A stretch of DNA of 64,000 nt. It comes from Bacteroidales bacterium. GTDB lineage: Bacteria > Bacteroidota > Bacteroidia > Bacteroidales > WCHB1-69. Location: assembly GCA_017554325.1 (NCBI GenBank), contig JAFZIP010000007.1, positions 8,976 through 72,975 on the forward strand, given 5' to 3'. Positions within the stretch are counted from its first letter, which is position 1, and every line of letters starts with the position of its first letter. The notes beneath the pieces are model-generated. The model was not told the DNA's origin. It ran no database searches and saw only the letters and a program-made list of their open reading frames with translations. Positions 38,557 to 48,335 of the stretch are shown here, in pieces. Made by a program: the position numbers and the translations under genes.

Positions 38557-39289
38557 AATATCAGGATTGATATTGCTGGTTTTGCTATGTGCAGCCTGTC
38601 AGGACCCCACAGGTACAGTCAGGTTGCATTTTACGTTTTCTGTAGATGGAGATGAGCTGCAGCAGGACACGATATTGTATCAGAATGCTGCAGGTAACCG
38701 TTATGAGGTCACGGAGGCTCAATATTTTATTTCAAATGTGATTTTGACGATGTCGGATGGCACGCAGTATGCGATAAAGTCCGACAAGTGTGCCCATTAT
38801 GTGGATGCGGACATACCGGGTACATTGGTTTGGCTGCCCAATGATGCGCTGCCTGTGGGCACGTACACATCCGTGTCTTTTGTGTTCGGCCTGGCTCCGG
38901 AGCTCAATGTCACGCATGCCTACACGGATGCGCCGGAGAACAACATGAGCTGGCCCGTAGTGCTCGGCGGTGGCTACCACTACATGAAAATCAATGGCCG
39001 CTGGCTCGCCCCGGACGGGACCACCCACCCGTTCAACTTGCACTCAGGCCGTGTGCTGACCGCCGAAGGTGACACGCTCGAGCATTCGTTCACAGTGACT
39101 TTGCCCTTGTCCCAAAAGACCCTTCCAAAGGATGGCGTCATGGACATCGCATTGGATATGAATGTGAATCGATGGTTCACCTCTCCTCATGTTTTCGATT
39201 TCAATGAGTATGGGGGTAGCATTATGCAGAATGCCGAGGCCCAAGATGTGCTGGAAACCAACGGTTGGGATGTGTTTCAAGTGAAATAA
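38546..39289 (+). CDS. MbnP-like lipoprotein
   Basis: Lipobox CAAC; YQNAAGNRY, YFISNV, FVFGL, MSWP...GGGYHYMKING. Confidence 0.7.
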   Translation: MNGRISGLILLVLLCAACQDPTGTVRLHFTFSVDGDELQQDTILYQNAAGNRYEVTEAQYFISNVILTMSDGTQYAIKSDKCAHYVDADIPGTLVWLPNDALPVGTYTSVSFVFGLAPELNVTHAYTDAPENNMSWPVVLGGGYHYMKINGRWLAPDGTTHPFNLHSGRVLTAEGDTLEHSFTVTLPLSQKTLPKDGVMDIALDMNVNRWFTSPHVFDFNEYGGSIMQNAEAQDVLETNGWDVFQVK

Positions 39290-39316
39290 AAAAGGGGAAC
39301 ATCAAGTTCCCCTTTT
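39288..39316. terminator. Bidirectional intrinsic terminator
   Basis: AAAAAAGGGGAAC-ATCAA-GTTCCCCTTTT between convergent genes. Confidence 0.85.
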
Positions 39317-39338
39317 CTAATATTGAAAATATTCAGTC

Positions 39339-40025
39339 TTACATTCTGAAGGTGACAGGCACCTGATAGAAGCAGCGTACGGGCTTGCCCATGTTCTTGC
39401 CGGGTTTCCATTTCGGCATGGCCATGATACCACGAACAGCCTCCTTGTCGCAGTCGGGATACAACGGAACTTTCACTTTGGCGTTGCTCACGCGGCCGTC
39501 ACGTTCAACCACAAACTCTACCAAAACTGTACCTGTGATACCATTGTTGCGGGCTACTTCAGGATACTGGATCTCTTTGGAAAGGAAAGAGTTCAGAGCT
39601 TCCATACCGCCAGGGTATTCAGGCATTTCTTCCGTGAAATATACAGGAGGTGCGGTCTCGGTCTCATCTTCCACAACTTCTACCACTTCGTCAATTTCGG
39701 CAATGGCCTCGTCTTCAAACACATCCTGGCCGAAATCGAAATCCGTGCTCACCTTGATGTTGTCTTCCACGATGTTCAGCACCACAGCCTGTTGCTGTTG
39801 CGGCTGCTCTGGTGGCGGGGGAGGGGTTTGGTCGGTGGCAATGACATCCTCATCTTTCACTTCAATGAAGTCGTCATCGGTGATGGTGAATGCAGGAGCC
39901 TTGTCCTCATTGGCAAAAAGCTCAAAGCCTGCATAAACCAAGCCTAATACAACTACGAAACCCAATAAGAGAAACAGAGTTCTCTTGTTTTCCAGGTTTC
40001 CTTTGTCGGTTTTCTTCGTAATCAT
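39339..40025 (-). CDS. tonB: Energy transducer TonB
   Basis: N-terminal TM, PPPPPEQP, MPEYPGG, YPEVA, FVVERDG, WKPG. Confidence 0.92.
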   Translation of the reverse strand: MITKKTDKGNLENKRTLFLLLGFVVVLGLVYAGFELFANEDKAPAFTITDDDFIEVKDEDVIATDQTPPPPPEQPQQQQAVVLNIVEDNIKVSTDFDFGQDVFEDEAIAEIDEVVEVVEDETETAPPVYFTEEMPEYPGGMEALNSFLSKEIQYPEVARNNGITGTVLVEFVVERDGRVSNAKVKVPLYPDCDKEAVRGIMAMPKWKPGKNMGKPVRCFYQVPVTFRM

Positions 40026-40142
40026 AATTATGATGATTTATAAGGTTATTACTCTTAACATAATTAGCACGGCAAAAGTACTATTTTTTTTCTAAAAATT
40101 GTAACGTGATATGGTAAAAAAATATTGTGCTTTTTTATTTTT

Positions 40143-41207
40143 TTAAACAAAATAAACAGCGCCCCCGCAATTGTCTTGTTTTGCACCTGTTACACTCGCC
40201 AAGCAATTCTTTTCACTCAACAAACGCAATATACCCAAAAAGGCAAAAACCAGTGCTTCCTTGAAATTGACGGTGAGCGTGTCCGGAACTATAATTTCAC
40301 TTCCCCAGCCTTCTTGAATCTTCTGAATCAGGAATTTGTTGTGAGCGCCCCCGCCCGTAGCCAATACGTTTTTTCCGGTAGAGGGCAGAACGTGGGCAAT
40401 CTGCTCGGATATGTGCAGCACCAAGGTGTGGAGTATGTCTGCTGCAGAAAAATTCTTTTCAAAGTCTTGAAGCAGCGGCAAAAACTGTTGCTCAAACCAC
40501 TCTTTACCCAAGGATTTTGGATAAGACTGATTGTAATATTCTAACTGATTGAGTTGCCGTAGAAGTTCGGGGATGGCTTGCCCGTCGCGGGCTATGTTGC
40601 CGTCCTCGTCGTATGGTTTGCCCAGGAGATTGGCCATACGATTCAGGGCCATGTTGCATGGCGAAATGTCGAAGGCCACTCGCTTGTCCCCATCCTGAAA
40701 GGATATGTTGCAGAACCCGCCAAGATTGAGACAGGCATCATACTGGCCGAATAGCAAGGCATCGCCGATAGGGACCAATGGCGCGCCTTGGCCGCCCAAC
40801 GCCACATCCACAGTGCGGAAATCGCAAACGGTTGTGATGCCTGTGCGGGCCGCGATAACGGCTCCGCTGCCAATCTGCGTGGTAAGCCCCTGTGCGGGCT
40901 GGTGAAAAACCGTGTGTCCGTGAGAGGCGATGAAGTCCGGCTTGCCTTCATGGCCGATCCATTCATTGATATTCTCGGCAATCAGCGCACCCAAGTCCAC
41001 ATCTAACTGTGCGTAATCCAATGCGGACATCAGGGTGGCATTGGCTAGCCGTTCTTGGAATGCTGGCTCGTAAGGTATTGTGCAGGCTTTTTCAATGCGG
41101 TATTCCCAGCCATTAGCTTTTTTTTCGAAGGAACACCAAGCCAAGTCCAGTCCATCCAACGAGGTTCCGGACATCACGCCTATGCCGCTGCGGTAGGTTT
41201 TGCTCAT
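40143..41207 (-). CDS. anmK: Anhydro-N-acetylmuramic acid kinase
   Basis: GVMSGTSLDGLD, SHGHTVFH, DVALGGQGAPLVP, GGGAHN, KEA. Confidence 0.95.
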   Translation of the reverse strand: MSKTYRSGIGVMSGTSLDGLDLAWCSFEKKANGWEYRIEKACTIPYEPAFQERLANATLMSALDYAQLDVDLGALIAENINEWIGHEGKPDFIASHGHTVFHQPAQGLTTQIGSGAVIAARTGITTVCDFRTVDVALGGQGAPLVPIGDALLFGQYDACLNLGGFCNISFQDGDKRVAFDISPCNMALNRMANLLGKPYDEDGNIARDGQAIPELLRQLNQLEYYNQSYPKSLGKEWFEQQFLPLLQDFEKNFSAADILHTLVLHISEQIAHVLPSTGKNVLATGGGAHNKFLIQKIQEGWGSEIIVPDTLTVNFKEALVFAFLGILRLLSEKNCLASVTGAKQDNCGGAVYFV

Positions 41208-42460
41208 TGCAACAACGCGCTTAACTTGTCCAAATGCATACTGTTCGATCCTTTGATCAGAATCAAGGAATCTGTGATGGGTTGAGCTTTTAGTGCTTCG
41301 TTGAGCGCGTCAGCGTCAGGGTATCGATATTCCGGCTGGTGGGCGCTGAACTCAGAACCAACAAAGATGGCATCCAAATGCAGTGTCTCGCACAATTGTA
41401 TGATTTTCAGATGCTCCTCGCGGCTTACGGGGCCCAGTTCGCGCATGTCGCCCAAGATGGCAAGCTTGCGGGGATGGTCTAGTTTGGCGAGGTTTCGTAC
41501 TGCAGCCTCCATGCTGGTAGGGTTGGCGTTGTAATAGTCTGAAATAATGACGTTGGTGCCGATTTTGTTCACTTGCGAACGGTGGTTGGAAGGCTCGTAC
41601 TGGCCTAATGCTTCGGCAATCTGCTCATCGCTAACACCAAAATATTGTCCCACAGCTGCTGCGGCCAGGAAATTGTAAATGTTGTAGCTGCCTGTCAGAT
41701 GTGTTTCCGTCTCGTGTCCTGCCACGCGTATGCGCAGGTAGGGCGACATGTTCACGATATTGTCTTCGCCGCCTTCAGCATAATAGACTACTTTGTCATA
41801 CTCCAGCCCGTCGCGTAGCTTCTGGTCGTTGATGTTGACGAAAAGGGTGCCGTGGTCATGGATGACGGAACGATAAAGCGCTTTTTTTGTGTGGATGATT
41901 TCCGCTTCGGAGCCGAAACCTTCAATGTGGGCTTTCCCTACATTGGTGACGAGTCCGTAGTTGGGTCGCGCGATGGCGCACAGGTCGGCAATCTCGCCCG
42001 GATGGTTGGCACCCATCTCTACAATGGCAATTTCATCTGATAGCTTAATCGAAAGCAATGTCAGTGGAACGCCGATGTGGTTGTTGAGGTTGCCTCTGGT
42101 GTAAGCGGTGCGGTATTTTTGAGCCAATACGGTGGAAACCAACTCTTTGGTGGTGGTCTTGCCGTTGGTGCCTGTTATGCCGATGACGGGGATGGTAAGC
42201 TGTTGCCGATGGTAGGCGGCCAGTTGCTGCAGCGTCTCCAGACTGTTCTCCACCACTATGCAGCGCGGATTGTCCGCCAAAGTCCTGTTCTCGGTGATGA
42301 CACACGCCGCGCCCTGCTCCAGTGCTGACAAGGCAAACTGGTTGCCGTCGAAACGCTCGCCCTTGAGACATACGAATATACTGTCAGGGACGATGTTACG
42401 TGTGTCGGTGCAGATCTGCGGATGTGATAGATATTGCGCGTAGATATGTTTTATATCCAT
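41204..42460 (-). CDS. murF: UDP-MurNAc-tripeptide--D-Ala-D-Ala ligase
   Basis: DTR, GITGTNGKTTTKE, GNLNNHIGVPLTLL, EMGANH, DYYNANPTSM, LGDMRELG. Confidence 0.95.
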   Translation of the reverse strand: MDIKHIYAQYLSHPQICTDTRNIVPDSIFVCLKGERFDGNQFALSALEQGAACVITENRTLADNPRCIVVENSLETLQQLAAYHRQQLTIPVIGITGTNGKTTTKELVSTVLAQKYRTAYTRGNLNNHIGVPLTLLSIKLSDEIAIVEMGANHPGEIADLCAIARPNYGLVTNVGKAHIEGFGSEAEIIHTKKALYRSVIHDHGTLFVNINDQKLRDGLEYDKVVYYAEGGEDNIVNMSPYLRIRVAGHETETHLTGSYNIYNFLAAAAVGQYFGVSDEQIAEALGQYEPSNHRSQVNKIGTNVIISDYYNANPTSMEAAVRNLAKLDHPRKLAILGDMRELGPVSREEHLKIIQLCETLHLDAIFVGSEFSAHQPEYRYPDADALNEALKAQPITDSLILIKGSNSMHLDKLSALLQ

Positions 42461-42486
42461 TTTATTCAGGCACTTTCAGAAATACT

Positions 42487-43296
42487 TTAGTAGATGAACG
42501 GAAATACTCTCTTCAGCTTCTTGGCTTCCATCTCAGGACCGAACTCGGTCTTGTACCGTTTGTAGAGGGCATGGGCGCGTGGCACCAGATTGGCAAATGT
42601 CCAGATGAAGAACACGAGCCCGGACAAAGACCACGTGAGAATGGCGAATCCTAACCATTCGGTGAGCTCTCCAAGATAGTTGGCGCTGGTGACATACTCG
42701 AACATGAAGCCCTTCGGCAGATAGTGTTTGTTGTCATCGTCGTTCTTACGCAAGTGACGGATGATATAGTCGGAACGCAGGTTGATGTAGAAACCGATGA
42801 AGAAAAGGCACACACCGATGATAAACTGTGGTGATTTCAGCCAAGCAAGGTCTGTGTAGGACAGGCCAAGAACGTGGTAGTTGCAGTTGAATGATTCGAA
42901 AAAGATCCAATAACCCTGCATCATGGCATTCAGGATGTTGAAAGCAATACCCATGAACATCACGGACAGTGACATCTGGCTCTTCTTTCCTTTCATTATC
43001 CATGGAAAAATCAGAGATCTCTGGAAATAATGTATCTCAAAAATGAGCAAAAAGACCATGGGCACTATTTCAAACCGGTGCGGGGAACAGAGCCAGATGA
43101 TGATCATGGCCAAGAAAATGGGAAACTCCATGATAAACCAGGCCAGTTTGTTGTTGATGGTCTTACCCCAAGTTTTTTTTGTGAAAGCACCGTAACTGGC
43201 ATCGACAAAATACAGAGAGATGAAAACCACGGCAGCAATGCCAATCATCACATATAAATATATGTAAAAAGCGGAGGATAAAATTTCTGCACTCAT
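42487..43296 (-). CDS. 3-oxo-5-alpha-steroid 4-dehydrogenase (steroid 5-alpha-reductase family)
   Basis: YG..., AWFIMEFP, HYFQRS, SD.IIR.LR, F.YVTSANYLGELTEWLG, NLVPRA, PFIY. Confidence 0.85.
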   Translation of the reverse strand: MSAEILSSAFYIYLYVMIGIAAVVFISLYFVDASYGAFTKKTWGKTINNKLAWFIMEFPIFLAMIIIWLCSPHRFEIVPMVFLLIFEIHYFQRSLIFPWIMKGKKSQMSLSVMFMGIAFNILNAMMQGYWIFFESFNCNYHVLGLSYTDLAWLKSPQFIIGVCLFFIGFYINLRSDYIIRHLRKNDDDNKHYLPKGFMFEYVTSANYLGELTEWLGFAILTWSLSGLVFFIWTFANLVPRAHALYKRYKTEFGPEMEAKKLKRVFPFIY

Positions 43297-43315
43297 AATG
43301 AAAAAAAATAGAGAG

Positions 43316-45139
43316 TTAGTAAATGTAAATTTCCATTGGCATTCTGGCCTGCACGCCCTCTTGGCTCATCAGTTGCTCCAGTCCTTCGTAAGTGAAGTAG
43401 AGACGCCCCAATTTGGCTCTCAAAGCAGCATTCACCTCATCTTCTTGACTAAATATCATCGTGAACCAGTCTTGCTGTTTGGGATAATAGGCTAAAGAGT
43501 AGTTTGAAATATTGGCCAGTTGAGCAGCTTTGGTGATGGCGTCGTTCAGGGATCCGAGCTTGTCCACAAGCCCGATCTTGATGGCATCCGCACCGGCCCA
43601 CACGCGGCCTTGCCCGATGCTATCTACCTGTGCCACGGTCATTTTACGACCATCCGCCACACGTTTGGTGAAGGTGGCATAGATGTCTTCCACCGAGTTC
43701 TTCATCACGGCCAGCTCGGTTTCGTCCAAAGGGCGGAAACCAGTGCCATAATCCGCATGATTGTTGGTTTTCACACCGTCAATGGTAATGCCTAATTTGT
43801 TCTTGAGGGTGTTCTGGAAAGACGGGATCATGCCGAATACGCCGATAGAACCGGTCAGTGTATTGGGTTGAGCGATGATATAATTGGAATTGCAGGCGAT
43901 GTAATAACCGCCGGAAGCCGCGTAGTCGCCCATGGAGGTGACCACCACCTTGCCAGCTTTCTTGGCATTCTCAATCTCTTTCCAGATGTTCTCAGATGCC
44001 AAAGCACTTCCTCCAGGAGAGTTGATTCTCAATACGATAGCCTTTACATCCTTGTCCTTATAAGCTTTTTTGAATTCTTTGATAAAGCTTTCGGAATAGA
44101 TGCCGCGGCTGTTGTCGCCTTTGCCATCGTTGATCTGCCCCACGGCATACACGACTGCAATCTTTTCAGAAGCTTTTTTGTTGCTGTTCTGGATGGTTTT
44201 TTTGTATTTGTCAATGGTGACGATGTTGAGATTGTCGTCCTCGCTGATGTTGAGTTTGGATTTCAGCATTTTTTCGATGTCGCAAGGATATCCGAGTTGA
44301 TCTACCAGCTTCAATCTCAAGGCATCCTTGGGCATGGCGCATAGCAGATTGTCCGCGATGGCGTTCAGACTGTCGGCCGGAATGTTGCGAGAGGCGGAGA
44401 TGTCGCTGATGAACACATTCCATAACGTGTTGGTCAGCAGAGTCAGCTGCTCGCGATTGGCCTCGCTCATCTTATCCAGAACATACGGCTCAACCGCACT
44501 CTTGAATTGTCCATGGCGTACCACTTGCACATCTACATCCAGTTTGTCGATGAGACCTTTGTAGAACATGATTTGCATGGCGTAACCTTTGAAATCCAAG
44601 GAACCAACAGGATTGAGGATGATTTTGTCGGCCACAGATGCCAGATAATAGCCGTTTTGGGCGAACACATCGCTGTAGGCGTAAATGAACTTGCCGGATT
44701 TCTTGAATTCAAGCAGAGCATCGTGAATCTCCTTAACGGTCGCGGGAGAGGCGGACACAGTGGCGGAGTTGATATAGATGCCTTTGATTTTGGGATCGGA
44801 TGCGGCATTCTTGATGGAGGCCAGAATATCGTCCAGTCCGATTTGTGCGTTGTAGGAGTTGAACTTGTCAAACGGAGATTCGACAGCCCGTTCGGCTACC
44901 CCTTGGGTCAGATTGATTTTCAGAATGCTGTTGTCTTTAACACTTACACTCTCCAAGTTTGCGGAGGATAATGTGGAAATCATACTGATAAGTATCCATG
45001 TGTACAACGTAGAAACCACTACAATGGAAAAGAAGAATCCCAGCATGGATCCAAGTACTACCCGCCAGAATTTCCTTGCGCGGGATTCCGGTTTGACTGT
45101 AATAGGCTGGAGTTGATTGTTTAATTCGTTGTCATTCAT
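43316..45139 (-). CDS. sppA: Signal peptide peptidase SppA (67K type)
   Basis: YYLASVAD, FKSAVEP, LRINSPGGSALAS, SMGDYAASGGYY, TGSIGVFG, GRVWAG. Confidence 0.94.
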   Translation of the reverse strand: MNDNELNNQLQPITVKPESRARKFWRVVLGSMLGFFFSIVVVSTLYTWILISMISTLSSANLESVSVKDNSILKINLTQGVAERAVESPFDKFNSYNAQIGLDDILASIKNAASDPKIKGIYINSATVSASPATVKEIHDALLEFKKSGKFIYAYSDVFAQNGYYLASVADKIILNPVGSLDFKGYAMQIMFYKGLIDKLDVDVQVVRHGQFKSAVEPYVLDKMSEANREQLTLLTNTLWNVFISDISASRNIPADSLNAIADNLLCAMPKDALRLKLVDQLGYPCDIEKMLKSKLNISEDDNLNIVTIDKYKKTIQNSNKKASEKIAVVYAVGQINDGKGDNSRGIYSESFIKEFKKAYKDKDVKAIVLRINSPGGSALASENIWKEIENAKKAGKVVVTSMGDYAASGGYYIACNSNYIIAQPNTLTGSIGVFGMIPSFQNTLKNKLGITIDGVKTNNHADYGTGFRPLDETELAVMKNSVEDIYATFTKRVADGRKMTVAQVDSIGQGRVWAGADAIKIGLVDKLGSLNDAITKAAQLANISNYSLAYYPKQQDWFTMIFSQEDEVNAALRAKLGRLYFTYEGLEQLMSQEGVQARMPMEIYIY

Positions 45140-45158
45140 ATTGATAAGATTTAATAAT

Positions 45159-46436
45159 TTATCTGAAGAAATGTCTGAGTTTGCTCCTGCAACCGCCTTT
45201 GAAGAAGGAGATATATTCCATAAAAACATCTGTGGCGTTGTCAAGTTTCGGCAGTCCGAATTGTGTGCCAATGTTGGAGAACAGTTTGATATTGTTCACG
45301 GCAATAGGGCAGGTGGCGTCGGCCTTGCTGGTGTGTGCGGCGCGCGCCGAATCGGTGAAAGTGCCGTCGCATTCCTCAGGCATTGATGCCGGCAAAATCA
45401 GATCGAAGGCTTCAGGCTTGTCGTCCCAATATGCAGTTTGCAGCACACTCCAGGAGCAATGTTTTGCGGTCTCCATGATGTCTTGGGGGGTATCTGCGCC
45501 CGTGGCGTTGAACAGATAGCACTGGTCAAAGTCGTGGGTGGCGATGTGTGTGGATAGGTCAAGGCTGGCCGTGTGCGCGGGCTGGCCGTACAGTTCCTCC
45601 ATCAGTTGGCGATTACCGTCGTCAAAAGGCTCCCCGCCGACACAGATGTCTGGAAACAAGCCCATGTCGAACAGCCCTTGCGAGTTCAGTTCGGCCTTCA
45701 GACAGAGGAATCCGGAGGATGGCTTGGCTTGGATGTCCAGTAACATACACAGGTTTTCAAGCTCTATTACGCCGCGTTTGTCCAGAAAACGTTCCCACAT
45801 CACAAACACGGGCGCTTCGTCACGCAGCAGTTGTTCCGCAAACGCCCGAATTTCTTCTTCGGTCAGTTGGTTGGAAGCCAGCAGCTGTGTGCCATCATCC
45901 ATCAGGATTTGCTTCTTGTATGCTTCGAAATTTTTTCCCAATCCTTGCACGTAAATGCCTTTGGCCAGGTCGTTGCGCAGGATATACTGGTTGATGCAGC
46001 GGAAGAAGTCGCCGAAATTCCGGATGTTGAGGTGCCCCGGCGTGTTGAAATCATATCGCGAGGTGTTGGGACAAGCTTCCATGATCTCCAAAGCTGTCTT
46101 TTGTGAAAGAGCATTGGATTGTGGGTCAAGGAGCGTGTAAAATTTTCCTGCACCAAACAACTCGGCAAAGGGCACGATGTCGTTCTTGTCGATGAAAAAA
46201 GAGGTCCCTCGTTTGTAGTAATCAAAGGAGCCGATGGCGTTGGTGCGTAAGCCTGTGCGAGCAACACGTTGAATAAGATACAACTCTTCGTTGGAATAAT
46301 CGCCGGAGGCCATGACCAAGGTGCGGTTGTTGTCCGTCAGTTTGCTGTGTGCAGCAATCTGTTCGTAAGCTTCTTCGAACGAGATGGTCTGGAATTGTCC
46401 GTCGGTTTTGAGAAGAGGTTGTAGAAGTCTGTGCAT
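45159..46436 (-). CDS. Divergent molybdopterin-oxidoreductase-fold (NuoG/FdhF C-terminal-like) protein lacking the Fe-S domain
   Basis: RLLQPLLKTDGQFQTISFEEA...SNEELYLIQRVAR...TNAI; NSQGLFDMG; DLILPASMPEECDGTFT. Confidence 0.6.
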   Translation of the reverse strand: MHRLLQPLLKTDGQFQTISFEEAYEQIAAHSKLTDNNRTLVMASGDYSNEELYLIQRVARTGLRTNAIGSFDYYKRGTSFFIDKNDIVPFAELFGAGKFYTLLDPQSNALSQKTALEIMEACPNTSRYDFNTPGHLNIRNFGDFFRCINQYILRNDLAKGIYVQGLGKNFEAYKKQILMDDGTQLLASNQLTEEEIRAFAEQLLRDEAPVFVMWERFLDKRGVIELENLCMLLDIQAKPSSGFLCLKAELNSQGLFDMGLFPDICVGGEPFDDGNRQLMEELYGQPAHTASLDLSTHIATHDFDQCYLFNATGADTPQDIMETAKHCSWSVLQTAYWDDKPEAFDLILPASMPEECDGTFTDSARAAHTSKADATCPIAVNNIKLFSNIGTQFGLPKLDNATDVFMEYISFFKGGCRSKLRHFFR

Positions 46437-46439
46437 AGG

Positions 46440-47186
46440 CTATTTTTTTTGCGTCAAAGCCTGGAAAATCTCTTCCATGCCCAAGGCGTTCAGTTCGGAG
46501 GCGTGTTTCAGGCCAAGTTTCTCGGCTATGGTAGGTAGTTCGCGCACCTGCGCGTCAGCTACCAGTTTGCCTTTGTTGATGATGATGACATGGTCGCACA
46601 TGGCCTGCACTTCCTGCATGATATGGGTGGAAAGCAACACAGTGCGGTTTTTGCCATAAGAGCGGATGAGTTCGCGTATCTCGATGAGTTGGTTTGGATC
46701 CAAACCGGTGGTGGGCTCGTCAAGAATCAGCACTTCAGGGTCATGGATGAGTGCTTGCGCGATGCCCACACGCTGCTTGAAGCCGCGCGACAGAGCCCCG
46801 ATTTTTTTGTGTTCCTCGGGTGTGAGCCCTGTCTTCTCTATAATGTTGGCCACCTTGCTCTTAACGTCTGACAAATGGTGCACGCCTGCGATGAACTCCA
46901 GAAACTCTTTCACATACATGTCATAATAAAGCGGGTTGGCCTCGGAAAGATAACCGATTCTCTTTCTTAATTCCAATGAATCTTTCCAGATGTCCAGACC
47001 GCAAACCGATACTTTTCCCTGGGTGGGTGGGATTAGGCAAGTGATGATTTTCATCATGGTGGTCTTGCCGGCACCGTTGGGCCCTAAGAATCCTACAATC
47101 TCACCTTTTTTGGCTTCGAAACTAACGTCATCCAAGGCGTATTGTTCGCCAAAGACCTTCGTAACATGTTCTACTAATATAGACAT
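46440..47186 (-). CDS. gldA: ABC transporter ATP-binding protein, GldA-like
   Basis: MSILVEHVTKVFGEQYALD, GPNGAGKTT, NPLYYDMYVKE, KKIGALSRGFKQRVG, DEPTTGLDPNQLIEIR, STHIMQEV. Confidence 0.75.
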   Translation of the reverse strand: MSILVEHVTKVFGEQYALDDVSFEAKKGEIVGFLGPNGAGKTTMMKIITCLIPPTQGKVSVCGLDIWKDSLELRKRIGYLSEANPLYYDMYVKEFLEFIAGVHHLSDVKSKVANIIEKTGLTPEEHKKIGALSRGFKQRVGIAQALIHDPEVLILDEPTTGLDPNQLIEIRELIRSYGKNRTVLLSTHIMQEVQAMCDHVIIINKGKLVADAQVRELPTIAEKLGLKHASELNALGMEEIFQALTQKK

Positions 47187-47283
47187 TTTACAATATTTTT
47201 TTAAAGCGGCAAAGATATAAAAAAATGGTGGTAGTAGTGCAGAAAAAATCTTTATCTTTGCCTCGTTTTTAAACCATGACAAA

Positions 47284-48315
47284 ATGAAAAGGCGTATCAT
47301 CTTATCTGTTTATGCCCTGTTGGGCTTTGTTTATCCGAATGCAATAGCGCAACGCGACTCTTGCATGGTCGCATTTTACAATGTTGAAAACCTGTTTCAC
47401 CCTTCCGACGACTCGCTCACCCGCGATGACGACTTCACACCCGAAGGTCTGTACCACTGGAGTTACAAGAAGTACAACAAGAAGATTGCCAATGTGGCCA
47501 AGGTGCTGATTGCCATGGGCGAGGGCAGTCCTCCGGCGCTCGTGGGTCTGGCCGAAATCGAGAATGAGCGAGTGCTCAAAGACCTCTGCTACCGATCGCC
47601 GCTCTGTGCTTATGGTTACCGCTATGTGCACCATGACTCGCCAGACCGCCGTGGTGTTGATGTAGCCTTGCTCTATCGCGACAGCTTGACCGTCATCCTC
47701 CGTGAGCACAAGGTGCCCGTTGTCTTCCCCTTTGAACCCCAAACCCGCAACCGTGACCTGCTCTACGCACTTGTGCGTTTCCCCTGCGGCGACTCCTTAC
47801 ACATCCTCGTCAACCACTGGACTTCGCGCTTCGGCGGCTATGCGGCCACCATTCCGAAGCGCAACTATTACGCAGATGTGGCCCGTAGGGTAGTGGATTC
47901 CGTGCTGTCAGACAATCCTGCCTCCAATATCCTGCTGATGGGCGATTTCAATGATTATGCCACGGACGAAAGCATGGAAAAGCATCTTCGCGCCCGAAGA
48001 TATAGCCCTAGTAACATAGAGGACACACTCTTCAATCTGATGTACCATTTTGTAAACCAGAACAATGTCGGCTCCCACAAACATGAGGATTTCTGGGGCT
48101 GCCTTGACCAAATCATCGTGTCGCGTGGACTGCTTTTTGATCAAAATCGGCTTCACATTGCAGGACATTGCCCTCACATCTTTCAAGCTCCTTTTTTGCT
48201 GGTGCCAGATGAGAAGTATGGCGGCGTAAAAACCTATCGCACCTTCCTTGGCCCGCGCTACATAGGCGGTTATGCTGACCATCTGCCGGTATATGTGCTG
48301 CTCCGGTGCAATTAA
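47284..48315 (+). CDS. Exported endonuclease/exonuclease/phosphatase family protein
   Basis: FYNVENLF, GLAEIEN, DRRGVDVALLY, NHW.SR, MGDFND, LDQIIVS, GYADHLPV. Confidence 0.9.
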   Translation: MKRRIILSVYALLGFVYPNAIAQRDSCMVAFYNVENLFHPSDDSLTRDDDFTPEGLYHWSYKKYNKKIANVAKVLIAMGEGSPPALVGLAEIENERVLKDLCYRSPLCAYGYRYVHHDSPDRRGVDVALLYRDSLTVILREHKVPVVFPFEPQTRNRDLLYALVRFPCGDSLHILVNHWTSRFGGYAATIPKRNYYADVARRVVDSVLSDNPASNILLMGDFNDYATDESMEKHLRARRYSPSNIEDTLFNLMYHFVNQNNVGSHKHEDFWGCLDQIIVSRGLLFDQNRLHIAGHCPHIFQAPFLLVPDEKYGGVKTYRTFLGPRYIGGYADHLPVYVLLRCN

Positions 48316-48335
48316 AAAGTAAGTTTTCCTTGAAA

